Shown here one piece after another: positions 1-13,978 of a stretch of DNA of 64,000 nucleotides. The notes under the pieces are model-generated. The model did not search any database. It saw only the letters and a program-made list of their open reading frames with translations, and was not told the DNA's origin. The position numbers and the translations under genes were made by a program. Position 1 is the first letter of the stretch, and each line of letters starts with the position of its first letter. Source of the stretch: Octopus sinensis (lineage: Eukaryota); the NCBI RefSeq assembly GCF_006345805.1, contig NC_043005.1, forward strand, positions 19,530,001 to 19,594,000, written 5' to 3'.

Positions 1-150
1 ACATTGACGTTTAATGTAAATCAAGAAAAGCTTGTTCGAAAATAGAGTTCTTAAAATTCGATAATGAAACAAAATTTCTATATTACTGATATGGCCTTCT
101 ACTAGAGCTTCTGTTACATCCGCTGCACTTCTATTATTACAACTGCTTCT

Positions 151-342
151 TAAGGTGATGAGCTGACAGCATTTCGTTGGCAGCACTTCGTCCGGCTCCT
201 GGCGTTCCTGAGTTCAAATTCAACCAAGGTCGACTCTACCTTTCTTCCTTTTGGGGGTCGATGAAATAATTATCAGTCAAGTATTGGGGTCGATGCCCTT
301 TTCCCTCAAAATTGCTGCCTTTGTGCCTATAATTTGAAACCT
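151..342 (+). mobile_element. tRNA-derived SINE, family A (degenerate)
   Basis: B-box-like GAGTTCAAATTC and body ggtcgact..ggggtcgat; 17-bp TSD ttattacaactgcttct at 134-150 and 343-359. Confidence 0.8.
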
Positions 343-930
343 TTATTACAACTGCTTCTGCGATTGTTTCTGCTGTTGTCTTCTTCCAATCAGGACTCAC
401 GCCATTAGCCCCAAAAAATATCTCTAATTCGAGCCTACTCTAAGCTACTAAGAATGCGTGTGGCAACTTGAAGATCCACCCACCACACGCGATAGAGTGG
501 CGGTTGCACAGGCGCGAAAGCTAAATTGTTATCCTCATTCCATAAACGGTGGCTTTTTAACGGGTGGAGAGCTAAACCATCCTGGGGTACAGAAGATTCG
601 CAAGCTAGACTAGGGTCTGAAAGTTTACCACACTATAGTGGGTTACACTATGGTTCCTCTGCCTGTGCAGGCTGCTGTTGTTGCTGTTACTACTGTTGTT
701 GTTGCTGTTATAAAAAACCACATTACAACACACCACTTCTCAACTGCTATCACTACACTACACCACTTCATCACTGCCACCTTAATATCACAACACCATC
801 ATTGTTGCAACATCACCACCACTTCTCTAAATTATGAAGTATACATTGGTGGAGCCCGCTCATCTTCAAGTTATACAAACAATATCTGTATTTGAACTCA
901 GCATCGTCAGCTAACAAACAACTTGTTACC

Positions 931-1148
931 ATTGGTTTCAAATTTTGTTACAAAGCCAGAACTTTCAGGTGAGAGATTAAGCTGATTACATCGATCCCAG
1001 TACTCAACTGGTACTTATTTTACTGACCCCGAAAGGACGAACAGCAAAGTCGACCTCAGCGGAATTTGATTTCAGAATAGGGAAGATGGGCGAAATACCG
1101 CTAAGGTTTTTGCCTGGTTGCTAACGGTTCTGCTAGGTTGCGGCCTTG
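931..1148 (-). mobile_element. tRNA-derived SINE, family A
   Basis: Reverse complement of family A body (ggtacttattt..gaccccgaaagga..gtcgacctc..ggaatttga). Confidence 0.85.
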
Positions 1149-1176
1149 CAGCTTGTTAATATTACAATACTGTTGT

Positions 1177-1740
1177 AAAGCGGCAAGCTGGCAGAACCGT
1201 TAGCACACCGGGCGAAATGCTTAGCGGTATTTCGTCTGCCGTTACGCTCTGAGTTCAAATTCCGCCGAAGTCAACTTTGCTTTTCATCCTTTCGGGGTTG
1301 ATTAAATAAGTACTAGTTATGCACTGGGGTCGATGTAATTGACTTAATCCCTTTGTCTTTGTTTGTCCCCTCCATGTTTAGCCCCCTGTGGGCAATAAAG
1401 ACATAAATACTGCAGTACTGTTGTAAAGCGGCGAGCTGTCAGAATCGTTAGCACGCCGGACAAACGGCTTAGCATCATTTCGTCTGTCTTTACGTTCTGT
1501 GTCCAAATTCCACCTAGGTCGACTTTGCCTTTCATCCTTTTGGGGTCGACAAATTAAGTACCAGTTGCATACTGATGTCGATCTAATCGACTGGCGCCTT
1601 CCCCCAAAATCTCGGGCCTTGTGCCTAGAGTAGAAAAGAAAAGAATATTACAGTGCTGTTGTAAAGCGGCGAGCTGGCAGAATCGTTAGCACGCCGGGCA
1701 AAATGGTCTTTGCGTTCTCAGTTCAAATTCTGCCGAGGTA
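1177..1740 (+). mobile_element. Three head-to-tail family A SINEs (1177-1408, 1425-1646, truncated 1663-1740)
   Basis: Each starts aaagcggc(g/a)agctg(g/t)cagaa(t/c)cgttagcac (A box) and carries a (g/t)(a/g)gt(t/c)caaatt B box; first two have different 3' tails. Confidence 0.9.
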
Positions 1741-2494
1741 TTATATAATTCAATTATTATATTAACTACCATTCTCTTATGTATACTTTATAAAAAAAAC
1801 AAAAGCTGGATGAAGTTTAAATACGTTGATGCTCTTTCTAACAGTATTTATGAAGGCAAGAAGCTGACGAGAAGTGAATTTGGTTATTGGGTCATGTCAC
1901 ACTCGAGTGTTTTAAGCGGTCGATGTTTCGGTAGAGTGTCGTGATACCTTTGTATGCAATAACCTCAGAGTGTAACGTATCACCCTTAGTGTGACATGTT
2001 ACACTGGGATATATATGTTGGCACACATCAATTCAGGCACGACACACACGCGCTAAATCGCTTGCATACACCACACATGCAAGCATGGGCATTCCATTTG
2101 ATACATACACACAAGCGCACACATACACAGATTCATTGATATACACAAAAGCACCATACACTACATAGAAAGGTACACATGCACATACCGGAAAATAAAC
2201 ACATAATAATAAATTATACCATACTTACATGAATATTTTAGAGGACACACTCGAAGAAAACAGAAAAATAGCAAAATTGATTAGTTTTCTTGGGTTTTAT
2301 TTACAAAATATTAGAATATATACAAACAGCTTGTGAAATTAAATCAATTAATACAGCTGATAAATCTCCTGGTTTCTTTGACGTTTTTCTTCTCTTTTTT
2401 CCGAACGTTTGGTAATTTAAGTTAGAAGAAAGATATCTTTTTAATTACTTGAGAGAGCAAAAAGAAAGAAGTCTTTCTGTGATCTGTCTCAAAA

Positions 2495-2525
<31 letters not shown>

Positions 2526-4003
2526 ATAGGTGTTAGACAAAATTTAATGATTACACTACGTTTGTTAATCTAGTTATTAAAACAAATGTTGTTTCTTTAT
2601 TCTTTCAACTGCATGAGATGTTTCACTGTAACTTATTCCTAAAACTTGTTAACTTAGCTTCACAAAATGCTTTATTTTTCTTATTAAAGGTCAATGCTAC
2701 AGAAAAAGGTCAAATTGGGTTAGGAAAAAATTTAAGATATCACATTTCATCTAAATAAGATAAGAAACAGTTATATTAATTAAATGATTAATATTTCAAG
2801 TCTTGTTAGCTGACGATATATGACTTCTACACAGTGACAACTTTGTCCTTATTATAATGATTGTATTGAAGATATATCTGTGTAACCAATACTTTAAACA
2901 CTCGCTTGGATGTCTAACTTCAACTCTTTTTTCTGTCACGGCAATATTGTTACAACAATTATAACTATAAAAAAAAAGGAGATATTGTTTGCATAAAGCA
3001 AGGAGATCAAATAAACATAGTTTCACATTTCACTATTTTTCCTAGTTTTCCTATATTTCCTAGTTTTCTTTTAAATCCTTAAAAATTATTAATGGCTCTT
3101 AAAAATTTTTTAATGTTTCGTTCTTATGAATATTTGACGGTTATTTCGTTTCAGCTTCGTGTTTCCTTTTTCGTCTTTCATTTCCCTGCCGCATGTCATT
3201 ATATTATAGCAGACATTATTTTCTTAATCTCTGTAGCTTTTCTACTTTGTAATGATATATCAGAAACACTATACAGTGACGAATAAACCGAGATCTTCGT
3301 TTAAAGTAGTGTTCTACCTTTTAACGCATTCATTTTTATTGCTTAAACCTATAATAAAGTTTTGTTCCACGACATATAATTCAATTATTATATTAACTAC
3401 CTACAAATTCTTATAAAACCAAAATTTATTAAGCTTCGAATATTATGTAAACATAACTAATTTTACATAACTTGTTTTTCAAACAACTCTAATTCATCTA
3501 ATAATCTATTCACATTTTCAATAATTACTGCAGATTATATAATCTCCAACAGCTGCTTGTGCAAGCTTCTACTCTATCCCTTTCTCTTTATTTCTTTATA
3601 TTAATCTAATTTATTTTCTAACTTCCACACGTTTTCTTAAAATTTTATGGTATGTCTTGTATTTAAGTCTTTATACGTCGAAGCTAGTGAAACGTTTCTT
3701 TAGTACACTTTCTTATCCGAAATTGCAAATATTTTCTATCGCTTCTTTAACTTAATCTACTTTTTGGTATATTTTAATCATTTTTATTCTAATTTTCCAA
3801 TGTTTCCTTTTCACATATTTTTTAAAACTTTATATCATATTATATTTATTTTGTGTTTTTATTTTTCAAGTATTTATTCATTTATTCATTCATTTATTTA
3901 TTTATTTACCTTTTAATTCATCTATTTATTTACTTATTTATCTATTTTGATTTTCACTATTTCAGAATATAGATAATTGCTCTCAATAAGAAATTGTAAT
4001 ATT

Positions 4004-4223
4004 GGTTTCAAATTTGGCACAAAGCCAATAATTTCAGGGGAGGTTACTACTCGATTACATCGACCCTAGTATTGAACTGGTACTTATTTTAATTGACCCC
4101 GAAAGGATAAAGGGTAAAGTTGACCTCGGTGGAATTTGAACTCAGAACGTAAAGACGGACGAAATACCGCTAAGCATTTTGCCCGGCGTGCTAACGTTTC
4201 TGCCAATTCGCCGCCTTAGAACC
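4004..4223 (-). mobile_element. tRNA-derived SINE, family A
   Basis: Full reverse-complement family A copy; imperfect TSD ttgtaatatt / ttgtaatgtt. Confidence 0.9.
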
Positions 4224-4970
4224 TTGTAATGTTAATATGACGCAATCTTATAAACGAATATGTTTATTTTATGGCATGTATGTTTTATATACATCTCTTT
4301 GCACATCATTATCTCGCCTTATAGTCTTCTCTGCGCAGATCTTACCAAGTAAAATGATTCTTTGCGCGACAATAAAGAGAAACATTCCGTCCAGATATTG
4401 TAATTTTCACGTAATCTTTAATACAAGATTATATAAAAATACATACGCACATACATATATGTACGCGCATACACATACAAATACGCGTATCCATGTGTAT
4501 GTGTGTTTTGAATGTAACATATTCCAACGGATCTAATCTGAAACATAATACCACACACAGACTGCTGTTTAATTAGCTAACTTCAATTACTTAAGATATT
4601 TAGAGCTGTCACATCAGTCGTTTTGATAAAAATGAGATAGAGTTAAACATCTCAGAAAAATAGCATCGAACATATGTAAAGAACATGTATATAACGCTGG
4701 GACAGGACTTGTTTCTTCAAACCGAAATCACATGGTTTTCTTCATTAACCAGCCTCAATAAATGATGTCTTGATAATTGCACGATATTACATCGCAAGAA
4801 GAACGTGTATTTTGATGGGCCATCATTTCAAATGAAGTAAATGATAAATTCATTTCAATTTGTTAATCTCTTCTTTTATGGAAAAAGTATCCCCAGAGAA
4901 CTTAACTGTGTGGTAAAAAAAAAAGCAGATTTTATCATAGTATTTAGACATGTATGTGTTAAACGAAGTA

Positions 4971-5337
4971 CGAAGTGCGTTCAAAAAGTATCCGACTTTA
5001 TTTTTTTCCCGACACTAATGCCGCGCGGGCAAAATCCTTTGGGTGGGAGGTGACGCCACCCTTTCTGCGCATGCGTGAAACTTTTCGCGAAAGGCCGCTG
5101 CGGCTCGCGGCTATAACGCTTAGAGTACAGAAGCGTAATGCGTGCTCGTCAGAATTTTGCTTTCCGTAAGATGACAGAACGCATCGAGCAGAGACCATAA
5201 TAAACCCATGTCTCATCACCAGTGATGATGATCTTCATGAAGTCTGGGTCACCTCCCAACCAAAGGGTTTTCGCTCACGGTGCATTAGTTTTTTTGGTGG
5301 TTAAAAATAAAGTCGAATACTTTTTGAATGCACCCTG
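4971..5337. mobile_element. Tc1/mariner-type MITE (~367 bp)
   Basis: Imperfect ~34-bp TIRs cgaagtgcgttcaaaaagtatccgactttatttt / aaaataaagtcgaatactttttgaatgcaccctg, flanked by TA on both sides. Confidence 0.75.
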
Positions 5338-5958
5338 TATATTCCAACCGATGTCTACTTCTCTTCTGTTTCTTTGTAATCCTAGTTCACCACTTCCTGT
5401 TTCCGTTCTGACTATTTTTCTGACTTATTTTCCAGCTCGTTTAGCCAGCACACCTATCTTTCTCTTCTCCATTGTTTGCTCAAGAACATCGTCTAGCACT
5501 TAAAGCGCCTTTTCTTTCTTTCTCTCCGATTGCTCCAGTTGCTTTATTGTTTTATGTTGTTTCGTTTTCTTTTATTTATATAAAAAAAAATCTTGTTTTA
5601 TTTAATTTTATCGTAAATAAATACATAATATTTTCTTCTTTTCTATTCACTAGCCTCGACAATATATCCGTTTCATGTTTTGTTGCTAAGATTCGACTCC
5701 ATTTTTTCCTTATTTGTTTCCGACATGCCTTCAATGCATCTTTCTCACAACCGTATCCAATGGTTGTTGATAGCCTTAGGGGACGTTCAAGTGTCGAAAC
5801 GGTTTTAAATCGGAGTGAGACAGCTTATGGTCGTTTCATTTTGGCTTATTTTTGTCTTCTGTAATTATCATCATGCGCTTTTATAGTTTGTGTCCTTTGC
5901 TTGTATTTTCGATTGACCACGAACACAGACATATTGTCAAATATGTTTGTTTTATACA

Positions 5959-6892
5959 TGCATGCATGCATGCATGCATACATACACTCATACATACATA
6001 CATACATACATACATACATACATACATACATACATACATACATACATACATACACATACATACATACATACATACATACATACATACATACATACATACA
6101 TACATACATACATCATACATACATACATACATACATACATACATACATACATACATACATACATACATACATACATACATACATGTATACATACATACAT
6201 ACATACATACATACATACATACATACATGTATACATACATACATACATACATACATACATAACATACATACATACTACATACATACATACATACATACAT
6301 ACATACATACATACATAACATACATACATACATACATACATACATACATCATACATACATACATGTATACATACATACATACATACATCATACATACATA
6401 CATACACTCATACATACATACATACATACATACATACATACATACATACATACATACATACATACATACATACATGTATACATACACACATACATGTATA
6501 CATACATACATACATACATACATACATACATACATACATACGTACATACATACATACATACATACATACATACATACATACATACATACATACATACATA
6601 CATACATACATACATACATACGTACATACATACATACATACATACATACATACATACATACATACATACATACATACATACATACATACATACATACATA
6701 CGTACATACATACATACGTACATACATACACATACATACATACATACATACATACATACATACATACATACATACATACATACATACACATACATACATA
6801 CATACATACATACATACATACATACATACATACATACATACATACATACATACATACATACATACATACATACATACATACATACATACATA
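5959..6892. repeat. (CATA)n microsatellite, ~930 bp
   Basis: Directly visible; source of the spurious HTYI/MYVC ORFs. Confidence 0.99.
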
Positions 6893-7165
6893 GGTGGTGA
6901 ATTCGATTCTCGGACTTAGCTGTGTGTTATGTTCTTGCGCATGACACTTTATTTCACGTTGCTCCAGTTCACTCAGCTGTAGAAATGAGTTTCGACGTCA
7001 CTGGGGCCGAACTGTTTCGGGCTTTGCCTTTCCTTTTGATAACATCGGTGGCGTGGAGAGGGGAGACTGGTATGCATAGGCGACTGCTACTCTTCTATAA
7101 ACAACCTTGCTCGGACTTGTGCCCAGGATTGGAACTTTCTAGGTGCAATCCCATGGTCATTCAAG
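6893..7165 (+). mobile_element. tRNA-derived SINE, family C (5'-degraded)
   Basis: cacgttgctccagttcactcagctgtagaaatgagtt..ggcgtggagagggga; matches copies at 44236 and 49574. Confidence 0.85.
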
Positions 7166-8084
7166 GCCGAATTAAATATTGTTATCTGAAAACTTGTATG
7201 TTATTTTTTTTATCCATTTCTACAGCCTAATGTATCTCAAGATTTTGTTTAACTGGCATGACCCATTAAAATCCACCCATTCAGATTGCACTCATTATAT
7301 TTTCGTAATGTCCTTTAGCCCTAATTATTTGGCGGCTTTTCAAATCTAATAATCTAACAGTATTCTCTCTCAGTTCCACACAACCACCGACAGGATGACT
7401 TCTAAACCTACTGTTTTTACGTATACATTTTCTCAAATTGCCTCACTAACACGAAAAAAAAAAGTGATTTTACAAAAAATGCTTTTTACATCCATCCCTC
7501 TGGACATTATACGAACTATAAGAATTATTTGCTCGAACATTAATTGGTACGATTGTAACTAATTGATTTCTTGGCTGTTTACAATATATGTGTTTGTGTA
7601 TGTATATATTTATTCAAGCTTCATAGTTCTTTTGATCTACTCGTTCATGTTGTGTTCGTTATGTTTTCATTTGAATAATTTCCCCTAAAGATAATTACTT
7701 AGCTAATTGCTAAAGCTAGTATCCTAAAAGCATCCGTTCTACACAGACTCAGCACTATAAAGGATTCCTCTTGATCCAGTTTTTATGTACACAAGTTCTT
7801 TTTCTCCAAAATTAAGTCACCTGATGCTGTGTTTTTAATTAAGTTTATTAATATTTTCAACCGAAGCATAACTTTTTCATTTATCATTTTAATTTCCGTT
7901 CTGTGATGTGCAACGCACTGGAACGTCCTTGGATGGCTTCATTAATTTATTAATTTTTCTATAGGAACATGTTACTAACCCTTCATTTCTATATTTCTGG
8001 AGAGATGGACGCTGTGAGTGATCTTTAGGGTCACTTATCACAGCGGAATGTATTCAGTCTAGAGAAATAGACAGAAAGGGAGAC

Positions 8085-8480
8085 GAGTCGGCCGCAGTAT
8101 TTGACTAGTACCATTTTATCGACTCTGTAAGAGCAAAAGGCAAAGATGACCCCGGTTGGACTTGAAATCAAAGTGCAGAGAGTCGAAACAAACAGTGCAA
8201 ACTATTCTAACTTACTGCATAACAAGGCGGCGAGCTGGCAGAATCGTTAGCACGCCGGGCGAAATGCGTAGCCGTATTTCGTCTGCCGTTACGTTCTGAG
8301 TCCAAATTCCGCGGAGGTCGACTTTGCCTTTCATCCTTTCGGGGTCGATAAATTAAGTACCAGTTGTGTACTGGGGTTGATCTAATCGACTGGCCCCCTC
8401 CCCAAAAATGTCGGGCCTTGTGCCTAGAATAGAAAAGAGCTTAGTGCATAACGACGCTGTCAATGTGCCACCCACCTTAT
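8085..8480 (-). mobile_element. Old family A SINE interrupted by a younger copy
   Basis: Degenerate reverse-strand body 8095-8210 continues after 8452. Confidence 0.55.
8223..8439 (+). mobile_element. tRNA-derived SINE, family A (young, nested)
   Basis: Complete A/B boxes and tail; TSD ttactgcataac (8211-8222) / ttagtgcataac (8441-8452). Confidence 0.92.
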
Positions 8481-9179
8481 TTGTCAACCGTCAGTATAGC
8501 TTTAAACTGTTTTGATCACTAAGATTTTAGTTCTGTTAGTCATTTTCATAGAACTAGTAAACACAATCGTATGGCTGCTTCTAGCTTACCTTTTCTCATT
8601 TTTGTTCACTTATTACTTTGGCGAAAAAATCATTTACTACAAGTTACGTTGATTTAAACCAGTGACTTCCCTGTTACAAACATGAAGGAATTTGTAATTA
8701 TTCTTAAATCATAATTACATTTATAATGCATTTTGTAAAGTATTCATAATTTTCCTTACTTTTGTTGTGATTCTTCGTCTAGCCTTTTTTATTTCATTTA
8801 CAATTAACGTAAATTCCTGTTTGTTTCGCATTATTTGTAATGTCACAAGTTACATATGTCTACTATAACATCGTAAGATCTTTCTGAGTCCGATCTTTTT
8901 ATACATGTTGCGTTTTTATCAAAGTGCAATGTCCTTTTCGGGATGTGATCGTTCTGTAGAATAGAGATGCATCGTAGATATATACTTAAGGAAATATTTA
9001 TTTCAGTGTATTCCGGCGTCTATCGTGATGACCGACTAGCCGTTTCCAGTAATGCTAGTTTACTTGTAGTAGACACATTTAGGAAGGACATGAACCAAAA
9101 CTTCAGGGCGAAAATCATTATAGCGACTAATATGTACCACCTGTACTCAATTTTTTATATGTCTTCTTAACCTTAGCAC

Positions 9180-10430
9180 CAACCAATACAAATGTTATTA
9201 GAAATTCAAGCAGGATCGTATTATCCGCTCATAATCTTTAAGAACCTATTTATTCAAGAATAATTACAGAAAAACAATCGAACCTGTCTATAATTGATCT
9301 TTCCTATAAGGTATATTTTATTATAAGGAAGCTCTGAAGGCCAATGAATTTACGGAAAAGATAGCAATAACTCAAACAAGATATTTTCAAGGCCTCCAAA
9401 AAGAAAACAAATCACAGTCTCTCTCAGACAGGACTTGCTAAACAACAGCAGTAAAAATAAATACATTAGCTTAGTGTTGAAAAGTGAAGAAAACAATATC
9501 TTATGTGTTGGAAGTGAGCTCCTCAGGAAGTGCTCTCTTCCTGATCACCTCCCATACATCCCCAAATCGACGGGACTGGCACACTTCAAAGAAGATCTGA
9601 AAGTGAAACGCTCAGCATTGGAATAAAAAAGACCATGCATGGGTATGTTTCCCGTAGACTTGAAGAATATTAAAACATTGTCACGAAGCGAAACCTCTCT
9701 TGGACTCCTGATCGCTGCATCACACTTCGAAGGCTATGCATTTGCAATCCAAGAACAGTAGATTTCTACTAGATACCTCATCAACAAAAGAGACAGCGAA
9801 GCCTTTGATGTTCCAATATACAACTGTAAATGTAGATTATGTCATATTTCTGCCGAAGACATCACACATGATTAGTAGCTGCTCAAATATGTCATTAAGG
9901 TATTAACCCCCTTTGCAACATGATGTCGTCGCAGAAACAATATACAATGACATTTGGAAAAAGACTGTCCTGGAATAAATATAGGGAATACCCTTGTTAT
10001 TGAATACGTACACAACTATCAGCACGAGGAATACGAGTGGAATATTCCCATCAAAACATCTGTCAAGTATAAGCATAACAGGCCGGATATTGTTGTTTGG
10101 AACAAACAAGAAAAAGCATCTACTGTCACAGAGGTCAGCTGTCCTGTTGATGTGAATATCTCTTTGGAAATCAAAGAGAAAGAGGATAACTATGGACAAC
10201 TGCTTCAAAACCTCCAGCTTCTATATCTAGATTGCAAATTTATGTTTATACCAATAATAATTGGAGGACTTGTTTTTTATAAATAAATGCCTAACTGTTA
10301 GCCTGGAAAGCTTTGATTTTCAGAAAAAGAAATTAAGCAACTGACTCGCACATTACAAATACAATTTGTAAGTAGAACAGTAACACTCTGCAAGACTTCT
10401 CTAACATGTTAGGTATATAAACCGCTCTTT
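9180..10430 (+). mobile_element. Decayed REL-endonuclease non-LTR retrotransposon 3' part (R4/Dong-like)
   Basis: ORF 9954-10286 has HNRPDIVVWNKQEK..EVSCPVDVNI..KEDNY..FIPIIIGG (REL nuclease motifs); broken CCHC region upstream. Confidence 0.8.
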
Positions 10431-10639
10431 ATACTCCATTCATTCTTTCTTTTCTTTCTTTCCCAACTGGGTAGCCATGTCTCCCTATCTTCCTTTCTAA
10501 CTATCTCTTAATTCCTAGCTTTCCTTTCCTAACTGGGTTACAATGTATCTCCTCCACAGCAAGACAATTGTCTCTTTTCTTCTGTTATACTCTAACCTTT
10601 CTCCGCTCTCAAGAGGTCTTAGTCTTGAAAGTTACTTGG

Positions 10640-10938
10640 TGTTGGTACCACGTAAAAGGAAATTGGTACTGATGCCATATTAAGAGCACCCTGTACACTC
10701 TATAAAGTAGTTGGCATTAGAAGGGGCATCCAGCCGAAGAAACTATGCTGCCGTGCTGGGCCACATGAAAAGCACACAGAACACTTTTTAAAGTGGCTGG
10801 CTTTAGGAAGAGCATCCAGCTATAGAAACAATGTGACATCAGACATTGGAACCTGGTATAGTGTTCTTGTTTTACCAGCTCCGGTCAAACTGATAAACCT
10901 ATGCCAGCATAGAAAACAGATGTTAAATGATGATGATT
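10640..10938 (+). mobile_element. 3' part of a SINE/LINE-tail repeat
   Basis: Duplicated gttggcattagaagggcatccagc-like motif; ends ccagcatagaaaacagatgttaaatgatgatg. Confidence 0.6.
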
Positions 10939-11321
10939 ATGACTTCAATTGAAGGTCGACAAATTACATAATCAATAATGAAATCATGCTGATGCAATAA
11001 CTTTCATAACATAACCGACCCCCACCACCACCATCAAAAGTCTTATATTTATAGACTACCATATTAGTATGGCGATAACTATTAATATATTCAGAAATGA
11101 TTCCAGAATATTTCAATAACGCACATAGTATTCCTTTCAATAGCAGCCAAATCTCCCTTAAATCGCACCTAAATAGTGAAACAACACGCCACCCTTCGTT
11201 GAACATTGTTCCCGCCTGTATGCCATATGTATACTTATGCATATACACTAAAGGGATATATGATATAATGATGTCAAATCAATGTAAAATACGCAATCTT
11301 AAAAATAGTGCGTTCGCACTA

Positions 11322-11357
<36 letters not shown>

Positions 11358-11735
11358 AATGAAATAAAATAAAAAACAGGACACAAAGGATGTCGCGGTG
11401 CACATGTTTCGAGCTTTATAAAACAACTTATTCTTACAGCAATGTATAATCGACATAACAGGTAGTTTAAAGCCCTCTTCAGCTGCATGCAATTGCTACA
11501 ACAAAGACTTGTATCACATTATGAAAGGTTTGAGAAAGAACATTTGGTATTATTTATAATGGTAGGTAAACTGTGTATCGCTGAGAAAGTATGTTTGTCA
11601 ATCTTCATAATCAAATAAGGGTACAGGGTATTATTGGACTCCAAAAATCAGTCCATACCGTTTTCTCACTCAATATAGAGTGCTTACATTTATCAAGTAT
11701 TCATACTGTGTATATATATATATATAATATATATA

Positions 11736-11784
<49 letters not shown>

Positions 11785-13978
11785 GTGTGTGCGCGCGCGC
11801 ATGTATGATTTGTCTTTGAGTTTAAGTTCTTGAGAAAGTTCAAGCTGGTCGCTAACAGAGCAACAAGTCATTCTGAGCTAAGAGAGTTCCCGGTGTTTGT
11901 GAATGTGTGGTTGAGTTGGTGTGTCGGTTGAACTGTCGATGCATACACCCAAGTGTGGGCATATATTCACATAAGAAACGCAAATGGAGAATTTATGGAA
12001 AGCCATACAAACCTTCGCTGTGACTGGATTCTGATGGACACCTGACCTCTAAAACAGTGTGTGTATATATGAATGTATGTATGTACAATGATGCATATAG
12101 GACAACTGAACCCAAAACAAGAGCATATTTTTATTACTAATAATCACCATAACTTACATAGTGACTGGATAGCCGTGAGTTTCGTGCAGTGGCGCTTATC
12201 AGGTTTGATAAGTGCCTATATATATATACGCCAGCTTAATTTAATTCCTCCTTAGTCGAAAGACATCTGTTGTTATGTCCTGTCATTTGTATTTGTGTAA
12301 CATTCTCCGTTTTTTTCCGTCCTTGTTTTCGTATGCATTCGCTGGTTTCTTCCAAGGAATCTAATGTTCTTAGCTTAGTCTTTCCTTGAGGCTGGCCAGA
12401 TTGGAGCAATCTCAAGTATAACCACCCGAAATTGCAAAGATAATCTGGAACTCTTAAGTCTATTTTAAATATTTTTCTGATAAATTTACAAATTGTATCT
12501 ATAAAGTGCGTATTATTCACTCTTTTTTTTTTTTTTGCTCCAAATATTTACCCACTGAAACAAGTGCACCAAATTATTGGTGTAAATGCGAATTCATAAT
12601 CAAGAGAGGAGAGCAGTAGGTTTCGAAGCAACTATCGCTATATACTCTCTTTCTCGCCGTTTCTGGTAGTGATGTTCACATTTTCAGTGCAAATTATCCG
12701 ACGATGCCTTTCGGATTCTGCTTGCTCTCCGCCTTACATCTGTGACATATCTTATTCAAACTATACTCTTGTGGTGAATTATTTTGTATAATCTTTTCTC
12801 TTTAAGTAATTAGTTTTGATATGAATTCTTGTAATACTTAGAAATATTTATCATATAGTATTATTTATGAAACCATAAAATATTGGAAGGGAAATACCTC
12901 TTTTGTTTTATATCGATAATTTTTCTTCGTTCGAATATCTAGGACGGAAATGTTGCTTCCTACAATGTTGGTTGTTCAGAGCAATTTCAATATTATCTTC
13001 AATTAGGTTGCGTGGGATGGTTATTATTCAACGACGTGATTGACCTCCCAATATGTGTAGGAGTACACATAAGTCTGTGTGTGTGTGTGTCTATGGATGT
13101 GTGTCATTGTATGTGTGTGACACTACGTGTGAGCGTGTTTATGTGTCTTATGTAAATGTGTATGTGTTTTATGCGCGTGTGTGTGTATGTGAGTGTGTGG
13201 TGCAATAGAAAGCCCAAGACTTTGTGTAAACAACACAGTGTGGTGGCGGTTAAAAAGATAAGATAAAAGGAACGGGAACGGAGATTCGCTTCTACTGTCA
13301 ACCATGTCGCTCAACCGCAGGTACGGATATCTCCCACTTTTCGGCATTTTTTTTTTTTATTGTAATTTTTAAGGGCCGGGCGTTTGTGTTCGTAAGAAAA
13401 ATATATGATGTTTGTGGCGATAAGCATAACCGTGGAAAAGTGTAAATAGATATAGAGAATATAGGGATTAAAGTTATAGGAAGTAAGAAGAGAAACTAAA
13501 AACATATTGTAAGAAAAATTCCTTAAGATTATATATACCTACGGATTAGTGTTGGGACAACCGCCTTTTCGGAGATTGGCAAATTATGAACTTCTGTCTT
13601 GGTGTGTCTATGTATGTGTGTATTTATGCGTACGTATGTGCGTGCATGAGTGCATGTATGTGTGGGGGAGGGGGCAATTGTTTTACTAAAGTGGAGGAAC
13701 GTTTATCATACGAAAAGCACTCTCTACTCAAAGTGACTACGATTAAAGTGTAAAATTACTTCGTTTGAGTCTCAGCTTGAGTTTGCGAAACTATAAGTTG
13801 GTAAATCATAGGTTGTTATATTAGGAATGAGCAGAACAAGATACGATGGATGTTCGTCAGACTGAAGACCTGGTCCGTCAAAGATAGCCAAAGCGGGTTT
13901 GATTTATAACACCAATTAATCAACACAGTTCAGCAAGCGAGCACAATATCGTTAATGTCATCCCTGACTTACGGAACG

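Noticed and set aside
526-895. Cys/His/Thr-rich ORFs
   Set aside because: Derived from degenerate trinucleotide (CTG/ACT/CAC) low-complexity sequence
1177-1300. tRNA gene-like A and B boxes in many places
   Set aside because: All continue into SINE bodies and lack a full cloverleaf; no true tRNA gene supported
4690-4850. PCDFGL peptide on the minus strand resembling mariner SPDLAPxDF
   Set aside because: Too short and degraded, with no associated TIR
5846-6919. Long ORFs up to 330 aa (HTYI/MYVC repeats), and similar ORFs at 33.5-37.7 kb and 61.8-63.4 kb
   Set aside because: Translations of (CATA)n and (TA)n microsatellites, which lack stops in several frames
12240-12480. Possible Penelope-like 3' fragment
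   Set aside because: No convincing GIY-YIG or RT motif could be read
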